Source: an uncultured Aeromicrobium sp. (GTDB lineage Bacteria > Actinomycetota > Actinomycetes > Propionibacteriales > Nocardioidaceae). Taken from it: DNA of 43,157 nucleotides. Positions 19,205-28,604 of the stretch are shown here, piece by piece. The first letter of the stretch is position 1. Every line of letters starts with the position of its first letter. The notes under the pieces are model-generated. The model was not told the origin of the DNA. It made no database searches and saw only the letters and a program-made list of their open reading frames with translations. The position numbers and the translations under genes are program-made. The stretch is taken from NCBI RefSeq assembly GCF_946221465.1, contig NZ_CAMJVP010000001.1, positions 1-43,157 on the forward strand, read 5' to 3'.

Positions 19205-19953
19205 GCCTGCCACCCTCCATCGATGGTGATGTCGGCTCCGGTCATGTAGGAGGAGTCGTCGCTGAGAAGGAACACGGCAGCGGTACCGAGTTCGGCGGGA
19301 TCGCCCGTGCGTCCCATCGGGATGCGCCGGATGATGTCCTGTCCCCACGTGCTGGCCAATAGCCCCTCGCTGAGTTCGGTGGGGTAGTAGCCGGGGGTCA
19401 GTGTGTTGACTCGAATCGCCCGATCAGCCCATTCGACGGCAAGTGTCCGTGTCAACGCCTGCACGGCACCCTTGCTGGCCGCATAGGCGGCGATGCGCGG
19501 GTAGCCCACGCTTGCATGAACCGAGCCGATGTTGACGATCGAGCCTCCGCCACTGTCCAGCATGAGCCGTCCCGCCGCTTGACAACAGTTGAAGGTGCCG
19601 ATCACGTTGGTCGCCAGTACCTGTTCGACGACGTCGAGTGAGACACGTTCGCTTCGTTCGAAACTTGGGCTGATGCCCGCACAGTTGACGAGACCGTGGA
19701 TCGGTCCGCGGGCGGCGATATCCGCGGCGATGGCGGCAACGGTCGCTGCATCGGTGACTGAACCGGGAGCGACGATGACTCGGCCCTGCCGACGGGAGGA
19801 CGCGAACTCCTCAAGATTCTCGACGGATCTGGCTGTTGCGACGACGATTGCCCCTTCGTCGATCAGGGCATCGCCGATCGCCCTTCCCAGGCCTTTGCCC
19901 GCGCCGGTGAGCCAGATTGTCTTGCCGTCCAGGCGTCCGTTCGTGGCGTTCAT
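19198..19953 (-). CDS. SDR family oxidoreductase
   Basis: TGAGKGLG, VNCAG, YAASK, IDGG. Confidence 0.94.
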   Translation of the reverse strand: MNATNGRLDGKTIWLTGAGKGLGRAIGDALIDEGAIVVATARSVENLEEFASSRRQGRVIVAPGSVTDAATVAAIAADIAARGPIHGLVNCAGISPSFERSERVSLDVVEQVLATNVIGTFNCCQAAGRLMLDSGGGSIVNIGSVHASVGYPRIAAYAASKGAVQALTRTLAVEWADRAIRVNTLTPGYYPTELSEGLLASTWGQDIIRRIPMGRTGDPAELGTAAVFLLSDDSSYMTGADITIDGGWQAW

Positions 19954-21506
19954 CGGTCGGCCGGTTCGTCGGCGATCTGAACCCGGAGGTTACGCTTGAG
20001 TACTTTGCCGGAGGGCGTGCGCGGCAGCGCTTCAATGAAGGTGACGTACTTGGGCACTTTGAACTTCGCCAGTCGCTGACGACAGAAGTCGACGAGTTCC
20101 TCAGCTGATGCGTGCTCGCCCGGCTTGAGCACGACGTAGGCGCTTGGCACCTCTCCCCAACGCGGATCGGGGTGACCTATCACGGCTGCTTCCAGCACAG
20201 CCGGATGCTCGAACAGGGCGCGTTCGACCTCGGGCGAGGCGATGTTTTCGCCGCCGGAGACGATCATGTCCTTCTTGCGGTCCTCGATGTAGAGATAGCC
20301 GTCTTCGTCCATGCGGCCCATGTCCCCGGTGTGGAACCAGCCGTCGCGGATCGCCGCGGCGGTGGCGGCCTCGTCACGCCAATAGCCGTCGAAGACCTTC
20401 GGCCCGCGCACGGTGATCTCGCCGATCGTGTCCGGTGGAACCGGTTTGCCGTCAGCATCGACCACGCGGATCTGCTGGTGGGGGAGCGGCAGGCCGACCG
20501 AGCCGAGTTTGCTGACCATGTGGGCGCGGTCCATGAAGGTATCGCTGGAGACGGTCTCGGTCAGTCCGTAGGCGTCGGCGAACCACACGTGAGGGAGTGC
20601 GTCGAGGATCTGCCTCAGCCTGCTCTCGGGCATTTTCTCGCCACCGCTGAGGATGAGATTGAGGCTGGACAGGTCATGGTGGCGCAGGCCGGGACTCTGC
20701 AGGATCGCGTTGACCATCGCCGGGGCGAGCCAGACGCTTGTCCCACGGTGTTCCTCGATGAGCGACAGCAGGTTCGCGGCCTCGAATCGGCGCTGGAGAA
20801 CGAGCGTGCCGCCCGCGTGCAAGGTGGTCAGTCCGCCCATGTCGAGTGCGCCGACGTGGTAGAGGGGGCCGCCGACCACGGTCACCTCGGTGTCGTTCCA
20901 GCCGAACTGGAGCAGCATGCCGAGGTTCTTCCAGGCGAAGTTCTCGTGCGTGATCCGCACTCCCTTGGGGCGTGAGGTCGTTCCTGACGTGTACATGAGG
21001 CGCTGAAGGTCGCTGCGAGCGACATCGCACACCGGCATCTCGGTGTCGGAGTAGGGGGCGATGAAAGCTTCGAGGTCGAGGATGCCGTCGGGCCTTGCCG
21101 ACAATTGGTCGTCAGGCTCGCCGACGGTCAGGACGATGTCGACGTTGAGGCCGTCGATTGTTTCGGCGAGGTCATGGTGGAACTCGGGTTCGGTGACGAC
21201 GGCTCGCGCCTGGCTGTGCTCGATGATGTAGCGCCACTCGGGGATGGCGAGCCGGAAGTTCAGTGGCATGAATACGGCGCCGAGGCGATTGATGGCGTAG
21301 ATCATCTCGATGAACTCCGGGCGGTTCTGCATGAGGAGGGCGACCACGTCACCCTTGCTGACTCCGTGGTCGGCCAAGGCGGCTGCCATCGTCTGTGCCC
21401 GGCGAAGGAGCTCGCTGTAGGTGCGTCTGCCGTCACGCCACGCGAGCGCGGTCTTCTCGGGCCGGACCGCCGCGTGATGGTCCAGTGTCCCAGCGAAGTT
21501 GATCAT
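19950..21506 (-). CDS. Acyl-CoA synthetase / AMP-binding ligase
   Basis: YTSGTTSRPKG, YGLTE, GWFHTGD, DRKKDMIVSGGEN, LPRTPSGKVLK. Confidence 0.95.
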   Translation of the reverse strand: MINFAGTLDHHAAVRPEKTALAWRDGRRTYSELLRRAQTMAAALADHGVSKGDVVALLMQNRPEFIEMIYAINRLGAVFMPLNFRLAIPEWRYIIEHSQARAVVTEPEFHHDLAETIDGLNVDIVLTVGEPDDQLSARPDGILDLEAFIAPYSDTEMPVCDVARSDLQRLMYTSGTTSRPKGVRITHENFAWKNLGMLLQFGWNDTEVTVVGGPLYHVGALDMGGLTTLHAGGTLVLQRRFEAANLLSLIEEHRGTSVWLAPAMVNAILQSPGLRHHDLSSLNLILSGGEKMPESRLRQILDALPHVWFADAYGLTETVSSDTFMDRAHMVSKLGSVGLPLPHQQIRVVDADGKPVPPDTIGEITVRGPKVFDGYWRDEAATAAAIRDGWFHTGDMGRMDEDGYLYIEDRKKDMIVSGGENIASPEVERALFEHPAVLEAAVIGHPDPRWGEVPSAYVVLKPGEHASAEELVDFCRQRLAKFKVPKYVTFIEALPRTPSGKVLKRNLRVQIADEPADR

Positions 21507-21576
21507 CGTGAGTCGTTCTCCTCGGCTGCCGTTCGTCGGGATCGATCGGCTCGAATGGGTTCACTGTACTCAATCA

Positions 21577-21592
21577 TGGACCGATCGGTCCA
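21577..21592. promoter_or_regulatory. Putative TetR operator, perfect palindrome TGGACCGATCGGTCCA
   Basis: 16-bp perfect inverted repeat in the divergent intergenic region. Confidence 0.75.
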
Positions 21593-21655
21593 GAAAACAT
21601 TTTGGTGTCTTGTGCTTGCCCGCCACGTCGTTTACCGTGGTGTGCGTCACATGAG

Positions 21656-21671
21656 TGTACCGATCGGTCCA
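21656..21671. promoter_or_regulatory. Putative TetR operator, second copy TGTACCGATCGGTCCA
   Basis: 15/16 identical to the palindrome at 21577. Confidence 0.72.
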
Positions 21672-21727
21672 CGAAACGTACAGCTCGCCCCACTCCCCTG
21701 AAAGACCCACCGCAGGAGGCGGTCAGC

Positions 21728-21991
21728 ATGGCCATCACTCGCGATCACCCGCCGTCGGACCTCGTCGTCGTCCGCGACACGCTCACGGAAGCCGAACTCG
21801 CCGAGATCGGCGTCGACATCGAGCGGGACTTCCCCGGCTCGACCGCCGACGACTTCCGCCGCTACCCCGTGCTCACCGAGGGCGGATGGCACATGGTCGT
21901 CAAGCATCAACCGACCTTGACCTCCGTATGGCGCGAGCCGTGGGAACTCCTTGGCCCCATCCGGCTGACCTCTCACGGATTCGAACTCTGA
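21728..21991 (+). CDS. Small (87 aa) hypothetical protein heading the hydantoinase/oxoprolinase operon
   Basis: AGGAGG SD before ATG 21728; GC3-rich codons; first gene after the operators. Confidence 0.75.
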   Translation: MAITRDHPPSDLVVVRDTLTEAELAEIGVDIERDFPGSTADDFRRYPVLTEGGWHMVVKHQPTLTSVWREPWELLGPIRLTSHGFEL

Positions 21992-22028
21992 CCCCGCATC
22001 CCTGCCGAGAACACGAAGAGGACACCTC

Positions 22029-24077
22029 ATGAGCTCAAGCATGATCGGCGTCGACGTCGGCGGGACCTTCACCGACGTCGTCTCAGTCGAAAACGGCATG
22101 ATCACGACGGCCAAGGTCGCCACCGATGTCCGCACCACGGAAAAAGGTGTGCTGGCCGGCGCGGCCGAGGTCCAGGTCGAGAACGCCACCACCTTCAACC
22201 ACGCCAGCACACACGGCCTGAATGCGATCATCACTCGCAACCTGCCCAAGATCGCCTTCCTGGCGACCGAGGGCCACCGCGACATTCTCGACATGGGCCG
22301 TACCTGGAGGCCCGTCGACGGCCTGATGAATCCGCAGTGGCGCCGCTCCTACGGCGATGCCAACCGGCCGCTCGTACCGCGTTATCTGCGCCGTGGCATC
22401 CGGGAGCGGATGAAGGCCGACGGCTCGGTGCTGATCGGTCTGGACGAGGGCCAGGCCCGCGAACAGCTTGAACTCCTGCGACGCTGTGGCGTTCAGGGAG
22501 TCGCGATCTGCCTGATCAACGCCTACGTCGACAACCAGCACGAAGTGCGCCTACGCGATCTTGTCCGAGAGATCCTCGGCGACATCCCGGTCTCCATTTC
22601 CAGCGAGGTCTCCCCGTTGGCCAAGGAGTTCGCCCGCGCCTCGACGACCGTCATCGACGTGTTCATGCAGCTGATCTACGGCGATTACACACACCGTCTC
22701 GACAAGGGCTTGCGCGATCTCGGTTTCTCCGGGGATCTGAACTTCGCCGATTGCGCCGCGCAGCTGGTCCGGTCCGATATCGCGCTGGAGAGTCCGTTCA
22801 AGATCGTCTTCGCCGGTCCCGCGGGAGGAACGGTCTCCAGTGCACATTTCGGCGAGATCATCGGGGCGAACAATGTGCTGTGCGCCGACGTCGGCGGCAC
22901 CTCCTGTGACATCAGCTTGGTCATGGAGGGTCGACCGTTCGTCGACACCACCTTCGAACTCGAACACGATCTGATCGTCAATGCGCTGTCGATTGAAATC
23001 GACAGTATCGGCGCGGGCGGAGGCAGTCTTGTCACCGTCTCACCTGCCGGTGAGATCCGCGTCGGCCCGGGCAGTGCGGGTGCCGATCCCGGACCGGCGT
23101 GCTACGGGATCGGCGGAACTCAGCCGGCGACGACCGATACCTGCCTGTTGATGGGGATCATCGATCCCGATGGTTTCGCCGGAGGCAAGATGCGCCTGCA
23201 GCCGGAGCTGTCCCGACAAGCCTTCGAGGCGCTCGACACTCCACTCAGCTTTGAGCAGCGTGTGCAGTACGCCTTCAACATCGGGATCAACAACATCGCC
23301 GAAGGCCTCACCAACGTGGCCATCCAGCACGGCATCGACCCGCGCGACTACAGCCTGATGGCCTTTGGAGCGGCCGGTCCCATGCTGCTGCCGGCTGCCC
23401 TGCCACTCGTACGGGCGCGTGAGGTGATCGTGCCGCCGCATCCGGGGCTCTTCTCGGCCCTGGGACTGGTCAGTACCGATCTGGTCTACGCCGACAGCCG
23501 CAGTGCCTACACCATGCTGACCGAGGACGCGGCTGAGGTCGTCGACGAGGTGTACACGGGGATGGAGAACCGTCTGCGCGCGCAGCTGCGCGTCGCGGAC
23601 GGCGACGAGGTGGAGTTCGTCCGGACTTTTGACGGACGTCTCGCCGGGCAGACCTGGGAGACCCCGTTCGTCGAGGTGCCATCAGGTCGATTGACCGCCG
23701 ACGACATCGCTCGCATGGTGGCGAACTTTCATGACACGTACCAGGAACGCTCGGGCAATCGTTTCGAGGCACTTCCGGTGCAGGGAGTCACCTTCCGGGT
23801 TCAGGCGGTCGTCCCCAGCTCGAAGGTGAGCTATCCAACGCTGCCGGTTCGCGACGACGAGCACGCCTTGACGCCCACACGCGAGCTTCAGATCAACTAC
23901 CTGGGCGCACATCAGGAGGCCGTGACGGCCCACGAGTACCACCGCAGCGATCTGCGGGCCGGCGACATCATCGAGGGCCCCGCGATCATCCGCGAGGAAC
24001 TCTCCACCACCTTCATGATCCCCGGCCAGAAAGCCACGGTCGGTGCGCATGGCGAAATTTACATCCGAATGGCTTGA
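22029..24077 (+). CDS. Hydantoinase A/oxoprolinase family ATP-binding subunit
   Basis: IGVDVGGTFTD, SISSEVSP..KEFARASTT, DVGGTSCD, IGAGGGS, SAGADPGPACYG, FGAAGP, GLFSALG. Confidence 0.95.
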   Translation: MSSSMIGVDVGGTFTDVVSVENGMITTAKVATDVRTTEKGVLAGAAEVQVENATTFNHASTHGLNAIITRNLPKIAFLATEGHRDILDMGRTWRPVDGLMNPQWRRSYGDANRPLVPRYLRRGIRERMKADGSVLIGLDEGQAREQLELLRRCGVQGVAICLINAYVDNQHEVRLRDLVREILGDIPVSISSEVSPLAKEFARASTTVIDVFMQLIYGDYTHRLDKGLRDLGFSGDLNFADCAAQLVRSDIALESPFKIVFAGPAGGTVSSAHFGEIIGANNVLCADVGGTSCDISLVMEGRPFVDTTFELEHDLIVNALSIEIDSIGAGGGSLVTVSPAGEIRVGPGSAGADPGPACYGIGGTQPATTDTCLLMGIIDPDGFAGGKMRLQPELSRQAFEALDTPLSFEQRVQYAFNIGINNIAEGLTNVAIQHGIDPRDYSLMAFGAAGPMLLPAALPLVRAREVIVPPHPGLFSALGLVSTDLVYADSRSAYTMLTEDAAEVVDEVYTGMENRLRAQLRVADGDEVEFVRTFDGRLAGQTWETPFVEVPSGRLTADDIARMVANFHDTYQERSGNRFEALPVQGVTFRVQAVVPSSKVSYPTLPVRDDEHALTPTRELQINYLGAHQEAVTAHEYHRSDLRAGDIIEGPAIIREELSTTFMIPGQKATVGAHGEIYIRMA

Positions 24078-24094
24078 GAAGAGGACTATCGGTC

Positions 24095-26071
24095 ATGAAC
24101 ACCCCACCAACAGCGCCGATCACCGCGGATTCTGCACTGCTTCGCGACTTGTCCGATGAGCAGTTCTTCGAACGTTATGCCTGCGACCGCTTCACGGCTA
24201 CCGTCCTGTCGAGCCGTATGCGCTACATCGTGCAGCACATGTGTTCGGGCCTGCTGAAGAACGCGTTCTCACTTATCCTGCGCGACTGGTACGACTTCGC
24301 CGCGACGGTCTCAGGCCCGCCGGAACTGAACTATCCGATGTCGTCGTTGAGCAACAGCCTTGCGCTCTTCCTCGGCACGATGGCCGAAGGTGTCCGCAAC
24401 GCCATTGAGGAATACGGGCCGGAGAACCTGCGCGACGGCGATGTCGTGATCTGCAACGACCCGTATCGTGCCGGCAACCACGTCAACGACGTGTGTTTCA
24501 TCCGGCCGGTCTTCTACGAGGGCAGGATCGTCTCATTCGTGACACTGCGCGCCCACCAGCTCGACATGGGCGGCGTGGTGCCAGCCGGCTTCAGCGCCAC
24601 CAAGCACAACGTCTACGAGGACGGCGTCGTGATCAACCCGATGCTGCTCTATCAGGACGAGAAGCCGGTTCGCTCGACGTTCCATCTCATCTTCGACAAT
24701 GCGCGCTTCGGTGAGTTGCTTCTGCCCGACATCAAGACGATCTACCAGAACCTGTTGCTGGGGGAACGCCTCATCGTCGAGAGCATCGAACGTTACGGTG
24801 TCGACGCCTATCTCGGTGCCGTGCGCTACTGCACCGACGTCTCGGCCGAGGCCATGGCGCAGAGTCTGGCGGAGTTGCCAGACGGGGTCTATGAGGGGCA
24901 GTCCGGGATCGACTGCGATGCGGTGGATGACTCCATCGAGTACGTTCTGCGGGTCAAGTTGACCAAGATCGGACCTCACCTGGAGATTGACTTCTCCGGC
25001 ACCTCGCCCCAAGCGCGATCCAGCGTCAATTGCGGCGTCTTCGACACCAAGACGTCAGTGGGCGTGGCGCTGAAGTTCCTCCTCGACCCGCACACCCCGT
25101 TCACGTCCGGTTCGTATCGCAACATCGATCTGGTGATTCCGCCGGGAACCTTCATCAGCGCCACACCTCCGGACGGCGCCGTGTTCCTCTATTGGGAGAG
25201 CAGCAGCAATGTGCTGCTGGCCATCTTCCGCGCGCTCGAAGACGCACTCGGCCCGCGGGCCGTGGCGGGCGACTATGGCAGCCTCAGCATTCACAACGCC
25301 AGCGGTACCTTGCCCGATGGCACGCCGTGGGTGACGACCGCCCAGTGCGGGGGAGAACACGGGCCGTGGGGAGCGACGTCCGCGGGGGATGCCGACAGCT
25401 ACTCGGTGATGTATCAGGCGAACAATCTGGATCCGGCGACCGAGGCGATCGAATCCGACGTTCCGGCGGTGGTGTTGCGCAAGGAGTACGTGCCCGACTC
25501 CGCCGGGGCGGGCACCAACCGAGGTGGCGCGGCGGTGCTCAAGGACACGATGTACCTGAGCGAGGCAGACCACTGGTCCAATCCGTTACAGACCAAGCGT
25601 TCCAGTGGTATCGGCGTGTACGGCGGCAAAGACGGAATCAGCGGTGCGACGTGGCTGTTCGATGGTCAAGCAGTCGACGTCCCGGGGACCCAGCGCCTCG
25701 TTGGGTACGACGAGGACACCTACCGTGTCTCCACACCAATCGCGGGTGTGCTCGATCCGCAGACCAAGCAGCTTGCGCCGCAGACTGGCGAGTACTTCTA
25801 CTTCGCGAGCCAGCAGAACTGGCACACCACGGTCAACACGGTCTTTCGCTATCTGACTAATGGCGGCGGCGGATGGGGTGACCCCCTTGAGCGTGCGCCT
25901 GAGCGCGTGGTGCGCGATGTCCGTGACGAGTACGTGACGGTCGAGGGCGCTGCCCGTGACTATGGTGTCGTCGTCACCGGCGACCCCGCGACTGATCCCG
26001 AGGGTGTCGGTTTCGATGCCGAGGCCACCGCAGCTCTGCGTCGACAGATGCGTGAGGAAGTCCGACTGTGA
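24095..26071 (+). CDS. Hydantoinase B/oxoprolinase family subunit
   Basis: AFSLILRDWYD, CNDPYRAGNHVND, AHQLDMGG, DSAGAGTNRGG, GGGGWGDPLER...DVRDEYVT...ARDYGVV. Confidence 0.95.
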   Translation: MNTPPTAPITADSALLRDLSDEQFFERYACDRFTATVLSSRMRYIVQHMCSGLLKNAFSLILRDWYDFAATVSGPPELNYPMSSLSNSLALFLGTMAEGVRNAIEEYGPENLRDGDVVICNDPYRAGNHVNDVCFIRPVFYEGRIVSFVTLRAHQLDMGGVVPAGFSATKHNVYEDGVVINPMLLYQDEKPVRSTFHLIFDNARFGELLLPDIKTIYQNLLLGERLIVESIERYGVDAYLGAVRYCTDVSAEAMAQSLAELPDGVYEGQSGIDCDAVDDSIEYVLRVKLTKIGPHLEIDFSGTSPQARSSVNCGVFDTKTSVGVALKFLLDPHTPFTSGSYRNIDLVIPPGTFISATPPDGAVFLYWESSSNVLLAIFRALEDALGPRAVAGDYGSLSIHNASGTLPDGTPWVTTAQCGGEHGPWGATSAGDADSYSVMYQANNLDPATEAIESDVPAVVLRKEYVPDSAGAGTNRGGAAVLKDTMYLSEADHWSNPLQTKRSSGIGVYGGKDGISGATWLFDGQAVDVPGTQRLVGYDEDTYRVSTPIAGVLDPQTKQLAPQTGEYFYFASQQNWHTTVNTVFRYLTNGGGGWGDPLERAPERVVRDVRDEYVTVEGAARDYGVVVTGDPATDPEGVGFDAEATAALRRQMREEVRL

Positions 26072-26895
26072 AGGGGATTGATCTCACCGGTCGTGTCGCC
26101 GTCGTCACGGGAGCAGCAAGCGGGCTCGGTCAAGGCATTGCGATGGTGCTCGCAGACCACGGGGCCACGATCGTGGCGATCGACCGCGATGACGCGTCCG
26201 CGACAGTGGCCGAACTCGACAAGGGCGACGGGCATCAGGCCGTACGTGCCGACGTCTCCGACCATGAGGCGGTGGCACGTGCCTTTGACGAGATCGACGA
26301 CGTGCAGCAAGGAGTCGATATCCTGGTCAACTGTGCCGGAATTCGGGAGATCGAGTCCGTCCTCGACCTCGCTCCGGCCATGTGGCAGCGGGTGCTCGCG
26401 GTCAATCTGAGCGGGCCCTTCTACTGTGCTCAGCAGGCGGGACGTCGTATGGCGGAGCAGGGGCGCGGCGGTGCCATCGTCAATGTCACCTCGGTGGCTG
26501 GGTTGGTCGGGATGACGCACCGGCCGGCCTACACGGCGTCCAAGCACGGACTGGTCGGGCTGACTCGCAATCTCGCGCGCGACCTGTCTGCGCACGGTAT
26601 CCGGGTCAATGCCGTCGCGCCGGGTACGGTGCGGACCCCGTTGACCGAGCCTTATTACCGCGATGAAGCCTTCCTTCGAGGCGTCGAGGGCATGGTCCCG
26701 CTCGGGTTCGAGGGACAGCCGGCCGATGTCGGCCGGGCCGTGCTGTTCTATGCCAGCGATCTGTCGTCCTGGATCACCGGGACGGTCCTGCCGGTGGACG
26801 GGGGCTGGCTGGCAGAGCGCAACTACGCGCCGCCGGGTGCTACGGCCTACACCTCGGCGAGGTCGGGATCCCAGGAGGAGGTCGGCACGGTATGA
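26068..26895 (+). CDS. SDR family oxidoreductase
   Basis: TGAASGLG, VNCAG, YTASKHG, VDGG. Confidence 0.94.
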   Translation: MKGIDLTGRVAVVTGAASGLGQGIAMVLADHGATIVAIDRDDASATVAELDKGDGHQAVRADVSDHEAVARAFDEIDDVQQGVDILVNCAGIREIESVLDLAPAMWQRVLAVNLSGPFYCAQQAGRRMAEQGRGGAIVNVTSVAGLVGMTHRPAYTASKHGLVGLTRNLARDLSAHGIRVNAVAPGTVRTPLTEPYYRDEAFLRGVEGMVPLGFEGQPADVGRAVLFYASDLSSWITGTVLPVDGGWLAERNYAPPGATAYTSARSGSQEEVGTV

Positions 26896-28226
26896 GGCGG
26901 ACTGCATCCGTGAGGACGGCGCGCGAGGTCGACTCGGCACGGAGGTCGTTGACCGCCAGCACAGCCGGGCAGGTGCTCGAGTGGTACGAGTGGAGCGTCT
27001 ACGCTGCCTTCGCTCCGATCATCGCCGCTGTCATGTTCGACAGTGACGATCCGGTCTCTGCCCTGCTGTCGACGCTCGCGGTTTTCGCCGTGGGATTCCT
27101 GATGCGTCCGTTGGGCGGGTACGTTTTCGGACGCCTGGCCGATCAGCGAGGACGCAAGTTCGTCCTGATGGCGACCATGTTGACGATGGCGGCAGGCAGC
27201 GTCGTGATCGGACTCATGCCGACCTACTCCTCGATCGGGGTGTGGGCATCGGTGCTTTTGCTGGCGGTGCGGATGGCGCAGGGCTTTGCTCATGGAGGTG
27301 AATCGGCGACCGCCAACAGCTATGTCGCTGAGATTGCTCCGGTCCAGCGGCGGGGCATGTGGTCGAGCGTGCTCTGGATCTCGATCTACGCCGGGTCGGT
27401 TCTCGCGTTCCTGGTCAGCGCTCTGCTCGCCTCGGTGATGTCTGAAGCCACGTTGGAGGCATGGGGGTGGAGGATACCGTTCCTCCTCGGCGCTTTGGGG
27501 GCTGTCACGGTGATGTACATGCGGCGAGGCATGGACGAATCACATGCCTACACTGCGGCGGTCGAGGTCACGTCATCGACGGGACCAGTGGCCGACGCGG
27601 CATCGTCGTCCGTTGGTCGAACGGCCGTGACCAAAGCAGTGCTGGTGGTCATCGCGATGACATCGGGACTCACCGTCGTCCACTACACATGGACGTCCTA
27701 CGTCTCGACGTACGCGATCGCGGAACGGTCCATGGACCCCAGCGGTGCCTACTGGGCCGCAACGGCTGCCCAGGCGATCGCCCTGGTGGCATTGCCGCTG
27801 TGGGGCAGGCTGTCAGATGTCGTCGGCAGACGCCCTATGCTCTTGGCGTTCGCCCCGGCGATGGCGGTGCTGCAGGTGCCCTTGATGAGAATGATTTCCG
27901 ACGATCCTTGGACGCTGTTTGCGTCGGCGACGGTGGCGCTTCTGCTCGTGACCGCGCCGGGGGCGATGCTCGGTGCGGTGATGTCGGAGTTGTTCCCGAC
28001 GCGCATCCGCGCGCAGGCAATCGGGTTCGCGTACTCCGTCTCGGTGGCGGTCTTCGGCGGCAGCGCACCCTACTTGAATCAGTGGGCGATCGCTCACGAT
28101 CTGGAGCTGCTGAAGGACCTCTACATCATCGCGCTCTGTTTGGCGACCGGCATTGCGGGGTGGGTGATCCGTGAAACGAAGGGCGCCGGCCTCAACGAGG
28201 CGGGTATGGATCGATCGCTCCGATAG
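26892..28226 (+). CDS. MFS transporter, metabolite:H+ symporter (MHS) family
   Basis: GQVLEWYEW, FLMRPLGG..FGRLADQRGRK, RMAQGFAHGGE, WGWRIPF, ELFPTRIR. Confidence 0.93.
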   Translation: MRRTASVRTAREVDSARRSLTASTAGQVLEWYEWSVYAAFAPIIAAVMFDSDDPVSALLSTLAVFAVGFLMRPLGGYVFGRLADQRGRKFVLMATMLTMAAGSVVIGLMPTYSSIGVWASVLLLAVRMAQGFAHGGESATANSYVAEIAPVQRRGMWSSVLWISIYAGSVLAFLVSALLASVMSEATLEAWGWRIPFLLGALGAVTVMYMRRGMDESHAYTAAVEVTSSTGPVADAASSSVGRTAVTKAVLVVIAMTSGLTVVHYTWTSYVSTYAIAERSMDPSGAYWAATAAQAIALVALPLWGRLSDVVGRRPMLLAFAPAMAVLQVPLMRMISDDPWTLFASATVALLLVTAPGAMLGAVMSELFPTRIRAQAIGFAYSVSVAVFGGSAPYLNQWAIAHDLELLKDLYIIALCLATGIAGWVIRETKGAGLNEAGMDRSLR

Positions 28227-28256
28227 GCGGGTGCGTTCGGGGTAACGGGTGACCGT

Positions 28257-28604
28257 TCAGCGGGCGAAGCGCCGCCGCTTGGCGGCGGCGCTCCACCCGG
28301 AGGGTGCTGTTCGCCCTGCGGCGCCGCCGTCGTCAGAAGGTCGACGCATCAACGTGACACCATCAAGGTCCACCGGTTCCCAGTGATGCCGAGCAACCTT
28401 GAACTGGAGCCGTTGTTCGTTCCTGGCGCTGTAAACCATGATCGCTCTGCCGGTCGCGCTGAGTTCCACGATGCGGGCCCAGAGACGCTCACGCACTCGT
28501 GCTGAGGCGACACCCACGTAAACGCCCGGACTGATCTCCAGCAGCCAGCGCGTCAAGTCACCGCGGAGCCGCTCCGGCACCACCGTGAGGACGACAACGA
28601 TCAC
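28257..28604 (-). CDS. cas2: CRISPR-associated Cas2 (type I-E)
   Basis: MIVVVLTVVPERLRGDLTRWLLEISPGVYVG..SARVRERLW...VDLDGVTL. Confidence 0.96.
   Translation of the reverse strand: MIVVVLTVVPERLRGDLTRWLLEISPGVYVGVASARVRERLWARIVELSATGRAIMVYSARNEQRLQFKVARHHWEPVDLDGVTLMRRPSDDGGAAGRTAPSGWSAAAKRRRFAR

Noticed and set aside
10660..28256. att sites, target-site duplications or IS ends bounding the island
   Set aside because: No convincing direct or inverted repeats or mobility genes were found by eye; island status is inferred from gene context only.
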